IMG/VR virus record: IMGVR_UViG_3300027969_000133
Span: 1 to 53,796 of that record
Source: a virus
Taxonomy: Duplodnaviria > Caudoviricetes
DNA: 53,796 bases
Reading direction: 5' to 3' (one strand)
In this document: piece by piece, positions 46,000-53,796 of the stretch
How the letters are laid out: every line of letters begins with the position of its first letter
Position numbering within the stretch: position 1 is the first letter of the stretch
Position numbers and translations under genes: made by a program
The notes under the pieces: generated by a model
What the model was told of the DNA's origin: nothing
The model's input: only the letters and a program-made list of their open reading frames with translations
The model's database searches: none

Positions 46000-47799
46000 A
46001 TGGCATATTTAATTACCAAATCAGACGGAACAACATTAACCACAGTATCAGATGGACAGATAGATGACCTAACCACTGACCTTACGCTGATTGGAAAAAA
46101 CTACAGCGGCTTCGGCGAAGCATTTAATGAAAATCTTATCAAACTGTTAGAAAACTTTGCCAGTGCGGCAAGACCCACTCGTCCTATTCGAGGACAAATT
46201 TGGTTCGATGTCACTGAATTAAAATTAAAAGTGTACAATGGTACATCATTTCAACCAGTTAGTTCCGCCACTATCAGTGCAACCCAGCCTACTTCTTTAA
46301 CACCGGGTGACTTGTGGTTTGATGATACAAACAAACAGTTATATTTTTATGACGGAGTGAATACATTATTGCTTGGCCCAAGCTACGGACTAAGTCAGGG
46401 TATCAGTGGTATTCGTGTTAATACAATTTTAGATTCTTTGAATCAAAGTAAAATTATCACCAGCTTGTATAATAACGGAACATTGATTGGCATCTTTTCA
46501 AGCAGTGAAACAGAATTCACTCCAAAACTTCCTATTACAGGATTCAGTGGCACAGTTATTCCTGGTTTTAATGCCAGTACTATTGCTGGTATTAAATTTA
46601 ATGTTACAGTTACTAATTCTGAAAAACTAGGCGGTCGACTTGATACAACCTATGTCAGGAACGATACCAGCGGAGTAATTGTAGGAAAGTTAGGTGTTAC
46701 AGACGGAGTTGAAATTGGTGACGCACAACAAGTTAAATTATTAGAAACCAACGGGGATTTGTTGTTACAAAACGTTGCACAGAATAAATTTATCAGAATC
46801 AGTGCTCGTAGGGGTGCGGTGCAAGATGATGCTATAGTAGTTGAACCAAGCTCGCAGACCGTTAAGATCTATGATGGATTTTTAAGCAGTCAAACAACAG
46901 TAGGCGGAAACCTAACAGTTAACGGTGACCTAAGAGTTTTAGGAAATACGGTAGCAGTTGATGTTGCAAATCTTAGAGTTGAAAATAAACAAATAGAACT
47001 AGGAACAAGTGCAGATAGTTCTATACTAACCAACGAACAAGCAGATGGCGGCGGCATTATATTACGATCGTCGGGCACCGGCGGCGACAAAGAGATTTAT
47101 TGGAGTCTTACTAGAGATGCATGGGTCTCTAATCAAAACATTGATTTAGAATATGGTAAATCCGTTAGGATTGCTGGCGTAGAATTATTAAAATACAACG
47201 AAGGCGCTGCCACTTACGAATTAACAAATGCGGTAACACGAGCCACAGGTATTAACATTTTTGGTGTGCAGGCAGAATTTACTATTGATAACATCTATGT
47301 TAATAACAATAGAATTTCATCAGTTAACGCCAACGGAGATATAGAAATATATCCTAATGGAACCGGTAATGTTGTATTGAACGGCACTGCAAGAATAACC
47401 GAAATTGGTGAGCCAGTTGGTATATCTGATGCCGCTACTAAAAATTATGTTGATGTGCAGATCAAAGCTAAACCGTTGGCATTGTCTATGGACATATCCG
47501 ATGGTAGGACCAACGATCAAATTGCATCTGACTTACAATTAATTGCTCCTGTGGACGAATATGATAATGGCACAGTTGCTAGAATTTTATGTACAATTGT
47601 TTCAGAAGTTCGCCCAACATTAGATTTAAACGGTTACATAAACAAATCACCAGCTACTTTCAATACCCCATCGGGTACAGGTTCAGCATTAATTGATGTA
47701 ACTTTTAGTACAGTATCGATTCCAACACCAGCATACAACATCAGTAGAATTGTTAAAACATATCAAATAATTGCAAATGCATGGACATTTGTATCATAA
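46000..47799 (+). CDS. Tail fibre/baseplate protein
   Basis: N-terminal domain paralogous to the flanking genes (LLENFAS, GQIWFD, GDLWFD); DAATKNYVD motif. Confidence 0.75.
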   Translation: MAYLITKSDGTTLTTVSDGQIDDLTTDLTLIGKNYSGFGEAFNENLIKLLENFASAARPTRPIRGQIWFDVTELKLKVYNGTSFQPVSSATISATQPTSLTPGDLWFDDTNKQLYFYDGVNTLLLGPSYGLSQGISGIRVNTILDSLNQSKIITSLYNNGTLIGIFSSSETEFTPKLPITGFSGTVIPGFNASTIAGIKFNVTVTNSEKLGGRLDTTYVRNDTSGVIVGKLGVTDGVEIGDAQQVKLLETNGDLLLQNVAQNKFIRISARRGAVQDDAIVVEPSSQTVKIYDGFLSSQTTVGGNLTVNGDLRVLGNTVAVDVANLRVENKQIELGTSADSSILTNEQADGGGIILRSSGTGGDKEIYWSLTRDAWVSNQNIDLEYGKSVRIAGVELLKYNEGAATYELTNAVTRATGINIFGVQAEFTIDNIYVNNNRISSVNANGDIEIYPNGTGNVVLNGTARITEIGEPVGISDAATKNYVDVQIKAKPLALSMDISDGRTNDQIASDLQLIAPVDEYDNGTVARILCTIVSEVRPTLDLNGYINKSPATFNTPSGTGSALIDVTFSTVSIPTPAYNISRIVKTYQIIANAWTFVS

Positions 47800-47817
47800 T
47801 GAAACACGGAGCGACTA

Positions 47818-50800
47818 ATGGCCTACATAATTAATAGATTTGACGGAACACAACTTACTATAGTTGATGATGGTATCTTAGATACCAGCACCCCTGTAGG
47901 CCTAATAGGTAGAAATTATACCGGTTACGGTGAAGTCCAAAATGAAAACTTTATTTTCTTGCTTGAGAACTTTGCCAATGATAGTCCACCTGCTCGAGCA
48001 TTAAGTGGCCAAGCATGGTACGATAAAAATTCAAAAGCACTTAAAGTATATAACGGTACAAGTTGGTTGTCAATTGGTAATGCCACAGTAGCAGAAACTG
48101 GGCCAGGTCACAGCAATGGTGGCCTGTGGTTAAAAACTACCACACAACAATTGTATGTCAGCGATGGTACTGTTTGGCGTCAAGTTGGTCCAGAAGCCGC
48201 CGAAGGATTTGCAGTCACTAAGATGACTAGTACTAAAATTAAGTCAGCTACCGGTGCATCGTATCCTGTTATTCTAACACAGATTAATGGAGTTACAACT
48301 GCGATTCATTCTGATCAAGAATTTACAATTTCTGCAGATGAAGCAGTCCCTGGTTTCTCAGTAATTTATCCTGGATTGAATTATCCTTCAACAGGTACTG
48401 AACAAGTAGCAGTTGCAGTATTGCAGGCAGTTACACTAACTGATCCTGTTAATACTCGATTGAATGGAAAAGTATTAGAAAAAGTAAACAGTGACCTTTA
48501 TTATGCAGAATACGGGTCAACAGGAGATGTTCTGCTCTATCAAGCTAATGAACTCGGAAGATGGGTATTATATTCTGTTGAAGAAAACCAGGGAGATAGA
48601 CTTTGGAATACCAATACAGGAATCAGCGATCCTAGAAGTATTACTACCTGGTACGACGGAGTTAATTCAACTACAACAATTCGTCCTGGCCCTACTATTT
48701 CTGGAGCAACTACAACATCCACAGTTACAAATGCAATTTCAAAATATGCACTAACTGGTAATGTTAGAGGAAATGCTGAAACAGCTAGCCAACTAAAAGA
48801 TGTAAGAAAAATCAACGGTGTTGACTTCAACGGAACATCTAATATCACGGTTACCGCAGCAACTAATCAACCATTAAAGCCCGGCGATTATATCATTGGT
48901 TCTGAATTCAACGGAGCATTTGAAACCACATGGGACATCAATGCTGAATCAGAAAATATTCTAGGAACCATTGTTGCTAGAAATTCAGTGGGCGGCTTTA
49001 CAGCAACCACAATCAACTCTGATTTGTTTGGTAATGTTCAAGGTAATGTAACAGCACTATCTGGGACCAGCACATTTAATGAACTAACAGCCAGTGTAAT
49101 TAACGCACCAGTTGTTAATGGTAATGCAGCAACAGCAAGTAAAATTAGATTTCCTAAGAAAATTAACACAGTCGATTTTGATGGCTCTGCAGATATCACC
49201 CTTCCAGTTCCAGCTAACACACTGACTACAGATACACTGGCAATCAATGTTGTTAACTCAAGTCTAGCAACACTGGGCAAACTGGAATATCTAGAAGTTG
49301 AAGCCCCTGGTATTATTGTAGGCGATGGAAATAACCTCAACATTAGAATTGAAGGATTTACACCAACACTTGAGTCTGATGTTTCTAATGCAATTAAATT
49401 AAAATTACTAACAGGTTCGGTAACCGTTGCCCCAACCACAGTTACATTTATTTCAGCCAGTGCAGCCAATGCTGACGGAATACTATCTCCTGCATTGGTT
49501 CCGGACTATACATTAGGTACTGCAATTGAAAAAAGACCAGTACTTGGATTACCAAGCCATAGATGGCGTGATATTTACTCTGCGGCAGCAACGCTCGACG
49601 GCCTAAAAACCAACACCATCAGTGGTAGAACACTAACAGATCAAGTTACATTTACCAAAGATGTTATTATAACAGGAAATGCATACGGTAATGTAATTGG
49701 CAATTTAACTGGTAATGTAGTTGGTAATTTAACTGGTGCTGCCAGTCTTAATTTGTTAAAATCCGGCGACACCATGTCCGGCGACATTTTTTGGAATACA
49801 ACCGGTCGTGGCCTACAATGGTCAATGAATTCTGATAGTGCAAGTATTCGTTATTACAATACAGGCGATGCTGATACAAACAGCAGATTAGAATTTAACA
49901 CCGGCGATAACACTAATGAATTCTTTAGATGGACTCATACTGTAAGTGGTTCAACTTATGAATCTATGCGTCTTACTCCAAATGCATCTGGAGCAGCAGA
50001 TCTTAATTTAACAGGTACTATCAATGTTTCTGGAAACATTAATTTATCTAGTGGATCGTCAACATTTCAAGGTCGAGGATCGGGCATAACTGATCTCAAT
50101 GCATTTAATCTAGCAACAGGTACAGTTCCGTCTGCTAGATTATCCGGCGGCTATGTAATCGATGTAACTGGCAATGTAACTGGCAATGTAACTGGTAACA
50201 CTCAAGGAACTCATACTGGTGCAGTAATCGGAAATGTTACAGGAACAGCCAGCGGAAATATAGCAGCATCTGGTGGAACATTAACCGGCGATCTAAATTG
50301 GTCAACAACCGGTCGTGGTTTAACTTGGGGAATGAATACAGACGGTGCAAGTATTCGTTTTTACAACACAGGTGATGGCGACGCTAACAGCAGATTAGAA
50401 TTTCAAACAACTGATAACGGCAACGAATATTTTAGTTGGACACACAACAGCGGCAGCACATTTGAATCAATGCGACTGGTACCAAACAGCAGCGGCAATG
50501 CTGCTCTTACTGTATTTGGTAATGCCACAATCAACGGTACAACAACTGGAACATTTAGTGGTACCGGCACAAGTTTAAATATCAATGCTGATAGACTAAC
50601 AACAGGTACTGTTCCTACAAGTAGACTGTCTGGAACATACGGAATTAATATTACCGGTAATGCTGCCAGTGCAACAGTGGCACAAAGCGCCACAAACAAT
50701 ATTCAAAGAGTAGGCGATACAATGACAGGTAGACTAGGACAGTCTACTGCTGGATTCCACGCAGCTTCAAAAGAAGTTATCTCAACTAGAACAGATAGCG

Positions 50801-52419
50801 GATTTTATGATTGGAGTGCTCCAACAACTGCCAACGGATGGCCAGTTACCAGTAGTTGGTATCATTTAATATCATCTACTCATGTAAATGACGCAAACTA
50901 CTATGCCATGCAGTTTAGTGCAGATTTTTATGCACAGAATTTGTATTATAGAAGTACAGCAGGCAGCGGTGCTACAGCTTGGAATAAAATTCTCCATAGT
51001 AACAATTATAACGACTATGCTCCTACTAAAACAGGTGGTGGTGCAAGTGGCACTTGGGCTATTAACATTAGCGGCCAGTCAACTACTGTAGCAAATCTTC
51101 CAAGCAGTCAAATTATAAATTCTTTAGGATATACTCCAGTTAATCCTGGAGCATTAACCAACCAATCGGGCACTGCTATCAACGGTACAACAGCAACCTT
51201 TAGTGGACAGGTAAATGTTTCAACAGCAGGTATTAGATTTCCTAATGATCCATTCGGTGGCAGCGGAGATGCTGCAAGTATTACATATGAATCAGTTAGC
51301 GGAGAGAAGACTAGATTACGCTTTAGAGTAACTAATGATGCTGGCATATCTCCAGTTGACGACAAAGCAGAATTTATTGTTCCCGACAACGACAGTTTGT
51401 TAGTCAACGGTTATGTTACATTAAATGCCGCCAACTATAATAGTTATTCTCCAACATTATCTGGCACCGGCGCAACAGGCACCTGGGGCATTAATATTAC
51501 AGGAAGTGCAGGTTCTGCAGGTTCTGTAGCTTGGACAGGAGTAACTGGCAAACCGAATATTGTTTTAAACGATGGCAGCACTTACGGAATAAACATTAGT
51601 GGCAATGCTAATACCGCATCAAGTACTTCTGGGGTTTCTAACTCTGGAAATATCACAGCCGAGACAGACGGTTTTGGTGAACCAAGCGGCTTGAGATTAC
51701 GCAGTGTTTATAGTAACGGTTATCCAACAAGCTATGGTAATGCAATTACACTAGGCGGCGCCGGCGGCGGCGAGTTATTAATTGGATGGAGCGGAAGCAC
51801 AGGAGCCCATGCAGACAACTATGTTCGCAGTCGTAGAGACACTGGTAATGTTTGGAGTGCATGGGCAAAATTAATCAGCGATGTAAACATCAACAGCTAT
51901 GCGCCTACACTCACAGGTACGGGAGCCAGCGGCACTTGGCCGATCAATGTAACAGGTAACGCAGCCACAGTTACAACTATCACATCTGGTCAGATAGCTG
52001 GAGGCCTGGGTTACACCCCAGTTAGTATCAACGGCGGAACAATGAATGGTTATCTTGACTTCCAAGATAATAATTTAATTCGACCAACAATAAAAGATTA
52101 TAGTCTTGCACACAATGCATTAGGTAATGTATCCGGCGGTGTAACAGTTAATATGGAATTAGGTAACTATGCGTCTGCAACAGCAGTGGGTGCATTGACT
52201 TGGACATTTGCCAACCCTCCGACCGGTGCTAGAGTAGGTAGTATTATTCTAGAACTAACCAACGGTGGTGCCTATACACAATACTGGCCGGCAGCAGTCA
52301 AGTGGCCCAGCGGCTCAGCACCAAGTCTAGCAGCAGCAGGTGTAGATGTACTGGTCTTTATCACAGACGACGGTGGCTCAAACTGGCGTGGTGCAATATC
52401 AATGGGCGACAGCAGATAA
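47818..52419 (+). CDS. Long tail fibre protein with internal repeats
   Basis: Shared N-terminal domain, GNVTGN shaft repeats, RKINGVDFNGTSNI, a duplicated module, C-terminal WPAAVKWPSG..P.L...GVDVLVF. Confidence 0.85.
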   Translation: MAYIINRFDGTQLTIVDDGILDTSTPVGLIGRNYTGYGEVQNENFIFLLENFANDSPPARALSGQAWYDKNSKALKVYNGTSWLSIGNATVAETGPGHSNGGLWLKTTTQQLYVSDGTVWRQVGPEAAEGFAVTKMTSTKIKSATGASYPVILTQINGVTTAIHSDQEFTISADEAVPGFSVIYPGLNYPSTGTEQVAVAVLQAVTLTDPVNTRLNGKVLEKVNSDLYYAEYGSTGDVLLYQANELGRWVLYSVEENQGDRLWNTNTGISDPRSITTWYDGVNSTTTIRPGPTISGATTTSTVTNAISKYALTGNVRGNAETASQLKDVRKINGVDFNGTSNITVTAATNQPLKPGDYIIGSEFNGAFETTWDINAESENILGTIVARNSVGGFTATTINSDLFGNVQGNVTALSGTSTFNELTASVINAPVVNGNAATASKIRFPKKINTVDFDGSADITLPVPANTLTTDTLAINVVNSSLATLGKLEYLEVEAPGIIVGDGNNLNIRIEGFTPTLESDVSNAIKLKLLTGSVTVAPTTVTFISASAANADGILSPALVPDYTLGTAIEKRPVLGLPSHRWRDIYSAAATLDGLKTNTISGRTLTDQVTFTKDVIITGNAYGNVIGNLTGNVVGNLTGAASLNLLKSGDTMSGDIFWNTTGRGLQWSMNSDSASIRYYNTGDADTNSRLEFNTGDNTNEFFRWTHTVSGSTYESMRLTPNASGAADLNLTGTINVSGNINLSSGSSTFQGRGSGITDLNAFNLATGTVPSARLSGGYVIDVTGNVTGNVTGNTQGTHTGAVIGNVTGTASGNIAASGGTLTGDLNWSTTGRGLTWGMNTDGASIRFYNTGDGDANSRLEFQTTDNGNEYFSWTHNSGSTFESMRLVPNSSGNAALTVFGNATINGTTTGTFSGTGTSLNINADRLTTGTVPTSRLSGTYGINITGNAASATVAQSATNNIQRVGDTMTGRLGQSTAGFHAASKEVISTRTDSGFYDWSAPTTANGWPVTSSWYHLISSTHVNDANYYAMQFSADFYAQNLYYRSTAGSGATAWNKILHSNNYNDYAPTKTGGGASGTWAINISGQSTTVANLPSSQIINSLGYTPVNPGALTNQSGTAINGTTATFSGQVNVSTAGIRFPNDPFGGSGDAASITYESVSGEKTRLRFRVTNDAGISPVDDKAEFIVPDNDSLLVNGYVTLNAANYNSYSPTLSGTGATGTWGINITGSAGSAGSVAWTGVTGKPNIVLNDGSTYGINISGNANTASSTSGVSNSGNITAETDGFGEPSGLRLRSVYSNGYPTSYGNAITLGGAGGGELLIGWSGSTGAHADNYVRSRRDTGNVWSAWAKLISDVNINSYAPTLTGTGASGTWPINVTGNAATVTTITSGQIAGGLGYTPVSINGGTMNGYLDFQDNNLIRPTIKDYSLAHNALGNVSGGVTVNMELGNYASATAVGALTWTFANPPTGARVGSIILELTNGGAYTQYWPAAVKWPSGSAPSLAAAGVDVLVFITDDGGSNWRGAISMGDSR
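49780..50650 (+). repeat. Diverged internal duplication with 507-nt period
   Basis: GDIFWNTTGRGLQWSMNSDSASIRYYNTGDADTNSRLEF at 49780 vs GDLNWSTTGRGLTWGMNTDGASIRFYNTGDGDANSRLEF at 50287. Confidence 0.9.
50163..50195 (+). repeat. 12-nt coding tandem repeat (tgtaactggcaa)
   Basis: tgtaactggcaa twice plus tgtaactgg, encoding VTGN repeats. Confidence 0.85.
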
Positions 52420-52420
52420 T

Positions 52421-53796
52421 ATGTTTGCATTAGAAAAAGTTTTACTGGCCGGGTCTAATTATTATAGGCCCAAAGCCCAAGGGCAACAAGAATTTACCAC
52501 CCCGGGAACCTACTCGTTTGTTGTTCCTGCAAATGTTGAATCTATATCAATGGTTGCAGTTGGTGGCGGAGCCGGTGGTGCTCAAAATGTCAATGATGGC
52601 GGCGGCGGTGGAGGCGGTGCATTAGCCTACAATAATAATGTAGCTGTAACCCCCGGCGAAACACTAACAGTAGTTGTAGGCCAAGGCGGATCAAGAGGTG
52701 ACGGTGCCGGTACAGCTGGCACACTATCTAGTGTTACAAGAGTAGCACAGGCCAGTCAAGTCTATGACAATTTTGAAATAGCAGGCTATCTAGGATCTAA
52801 ATGGATTGGCCATGAAGGCGTTGGCATTCACACCTGGGGAGACGGAGTTACCGGCTACGGACGAATTGGCTTTGCTTCTAGTGGTGTATCGGGTAGTACT
52901 GCATATCTTGGATTTAACGGCAATAACGGCCTTCGCTATGCCATAACACAACCTCAAGATTTAACCTATGCAACAAAATTAAAAATTCGTTACATCTACG
53001 GCAATGGATCAAATGGAGGAGAGGAACCCGATCCTGGGGAATATCTTGGAATAGCTCTTTCTACGGATAATTCTAGCTATACCGATATAATAAATCCAGT
53101 ACCTTTGGTATATGTCTGGACAGACAGCGAAATAGCCATTCCTTCTCAGTGGAAGAGACCAGGGGTTTATATAAAATTATATCAACCTACCTCTAGCGGC
53201 CAAGATTTTGATCATATTGGTATAGATAATTTTACCATAGAGTACGGCAATAGATTATTGGTATCCGCCGGCGGCGGTCAACCAGGTGTAGGCTCAAAAG
53301 GTGGAAACGGTGGTGTGCCTGCTAGTAGTACAGGAGATCAATACTCTTCTTCAGTTGTACTGTTATTGACCGGTGACGGAGTAGACGGTAGTAGAAATTT
53401 TATTGATAGTTCTCCTACCCCTAAAACTATATTGAGTTTTAGTGATCTTAGCGGAACGGGATATCCTTTACAAACTACTAGATTTAAAAAGTTTGGTACA
53501 GGTAGTATAGACTTTAATGGTGTAAGTTCTTTTTATGCACAAGCATCAAATACTGATTTTGTACTAGGTGGCGACTTTACCATAGACGGTTGGCTCTGGG
53601 TGAACGATGAAAATCAAGCTGGTTATCAGACTATTTGGGAACTTAATGATTACAGGAATGGTATATTGTTCCGCTTTGGAAGTTCTAACGATAATTTTTA
53701 TGTCAACGGTGTACTCCGGATTAACAGGATAGTTCCGTATTTTCCCCCTTTACAATGGAATCATTTTGCTGTAGTTAGAAGTGGATCAACAATCAC
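52421..53796 (+). CDS. Gly-rich fibre-associated protein with LamG/ConA-like domain, partial (absent from the ORF track)
   Basis: Manual translation MFALEKVLLAG...FTTPGTYSFVVP...VAVGGGAGG...SVVLLLTGDG...KFGTGSIDFNG...DFTIDGW...WNHFAVVRSG; open to the window end. Confidence 0.85.
   Translation, partial: MFALEKVLLAGSNYYRPKAQGQQEFTTPGTYSFVVPANVESISMVAVGGGAGGAQNVNDGGGGGGGALAYNNNVAVTPGETLTVVVGQGGSRGDGAGTAGTLSSVTRVAQASQVYDNFEIAGYLGSKWIGHEGVGIHTWGDGVTGYGRIGFASSGVSGSTAYLGFNGNNGLRYAITQPQDLTYATKLKIRYIYGNGSNGGEEPDPGEYLGIALSTDNSSYTDIINPVPLVYVWTDSEIAIPSQWKRPGVYIKLYQPTSSGQDFDHIGIDNFTIEYGNRLLVSAGGGQPGVGSKGGNGGVPASSTGDQYSSSVVLLLTGDGVDGSRNFIDSSPTPKTILSFSDLSGTGYPLQTTRFKKFGTGSIDFNGVSSFYAQASNTDFVLGGDFTIDGWLWVNDENQAGYQTIWELNDYRNGILFRFGSSNDNFYVNGVLRINRIVPYFPPLQWNHFAVVRSGSTI

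Noticed and set aside
49780-52000. Diversity-generating retroelement or invertible shufflon in the fibre repeats
   Set aside because: Repeats are in-frame, direct and diverged at all base types rather than adenine-specific; no reverse transcriptase or invertase in the window.
19326-52065. Short minus-strand and alternate-frame ORFs within baseplate and fibre genes
   Set aside because: Fully nested in well-supported long genes with no independent signals.
1-53796. Genome-wide TAG stop reassignment (code 15)
   Set aside because: Although no intact gene ends in TAG, very long late genes (4785, 1533, 1514 aa) have no in-frame TAG and coding density is already near complete under code 11.

Overview
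Structural and late-gene region of a large T4-like (probably jumbo) myovirus genome; no host-type genes, tRNAs or CRISPR arrays were seen. The minus strand carries a head module (major capsid gp23, scaffold gp22, protease gp21, acidic core protein, portal gp20), a tape-measure-like protein with an NlpC/P60 domain, three probable internal head proteins, and a gp55-gp47-gp46 block ending in a small GIY-YIG nuclease. The plus strand carries a gp26-like chaperone and a baseplate/fibre operon (gp48-like, gp53, hub, gp5, gp25, gp6, a 4785-aa giant protein, three paralogous fibres, and a truncated Gly-rich/LamG protein). Most notable: (1) a ~550-nt non-coding gap directly downstream of the GIY-YIG gene that folds on the minus strand into a complex RNA with GNRA loops, G-U-rich stems and long-range helices, a candidate nuclease-plus-ncRNA system or RNA-primed origin; (2) a probable programmed -1 frameshift extending the gp26-like gene into an ORF with no start codon at its 5' end; (3) a readable promoter layout of sigma70-like and TAAATA late promoters. 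All family calls come from motif recognition and gene order, not database searches.
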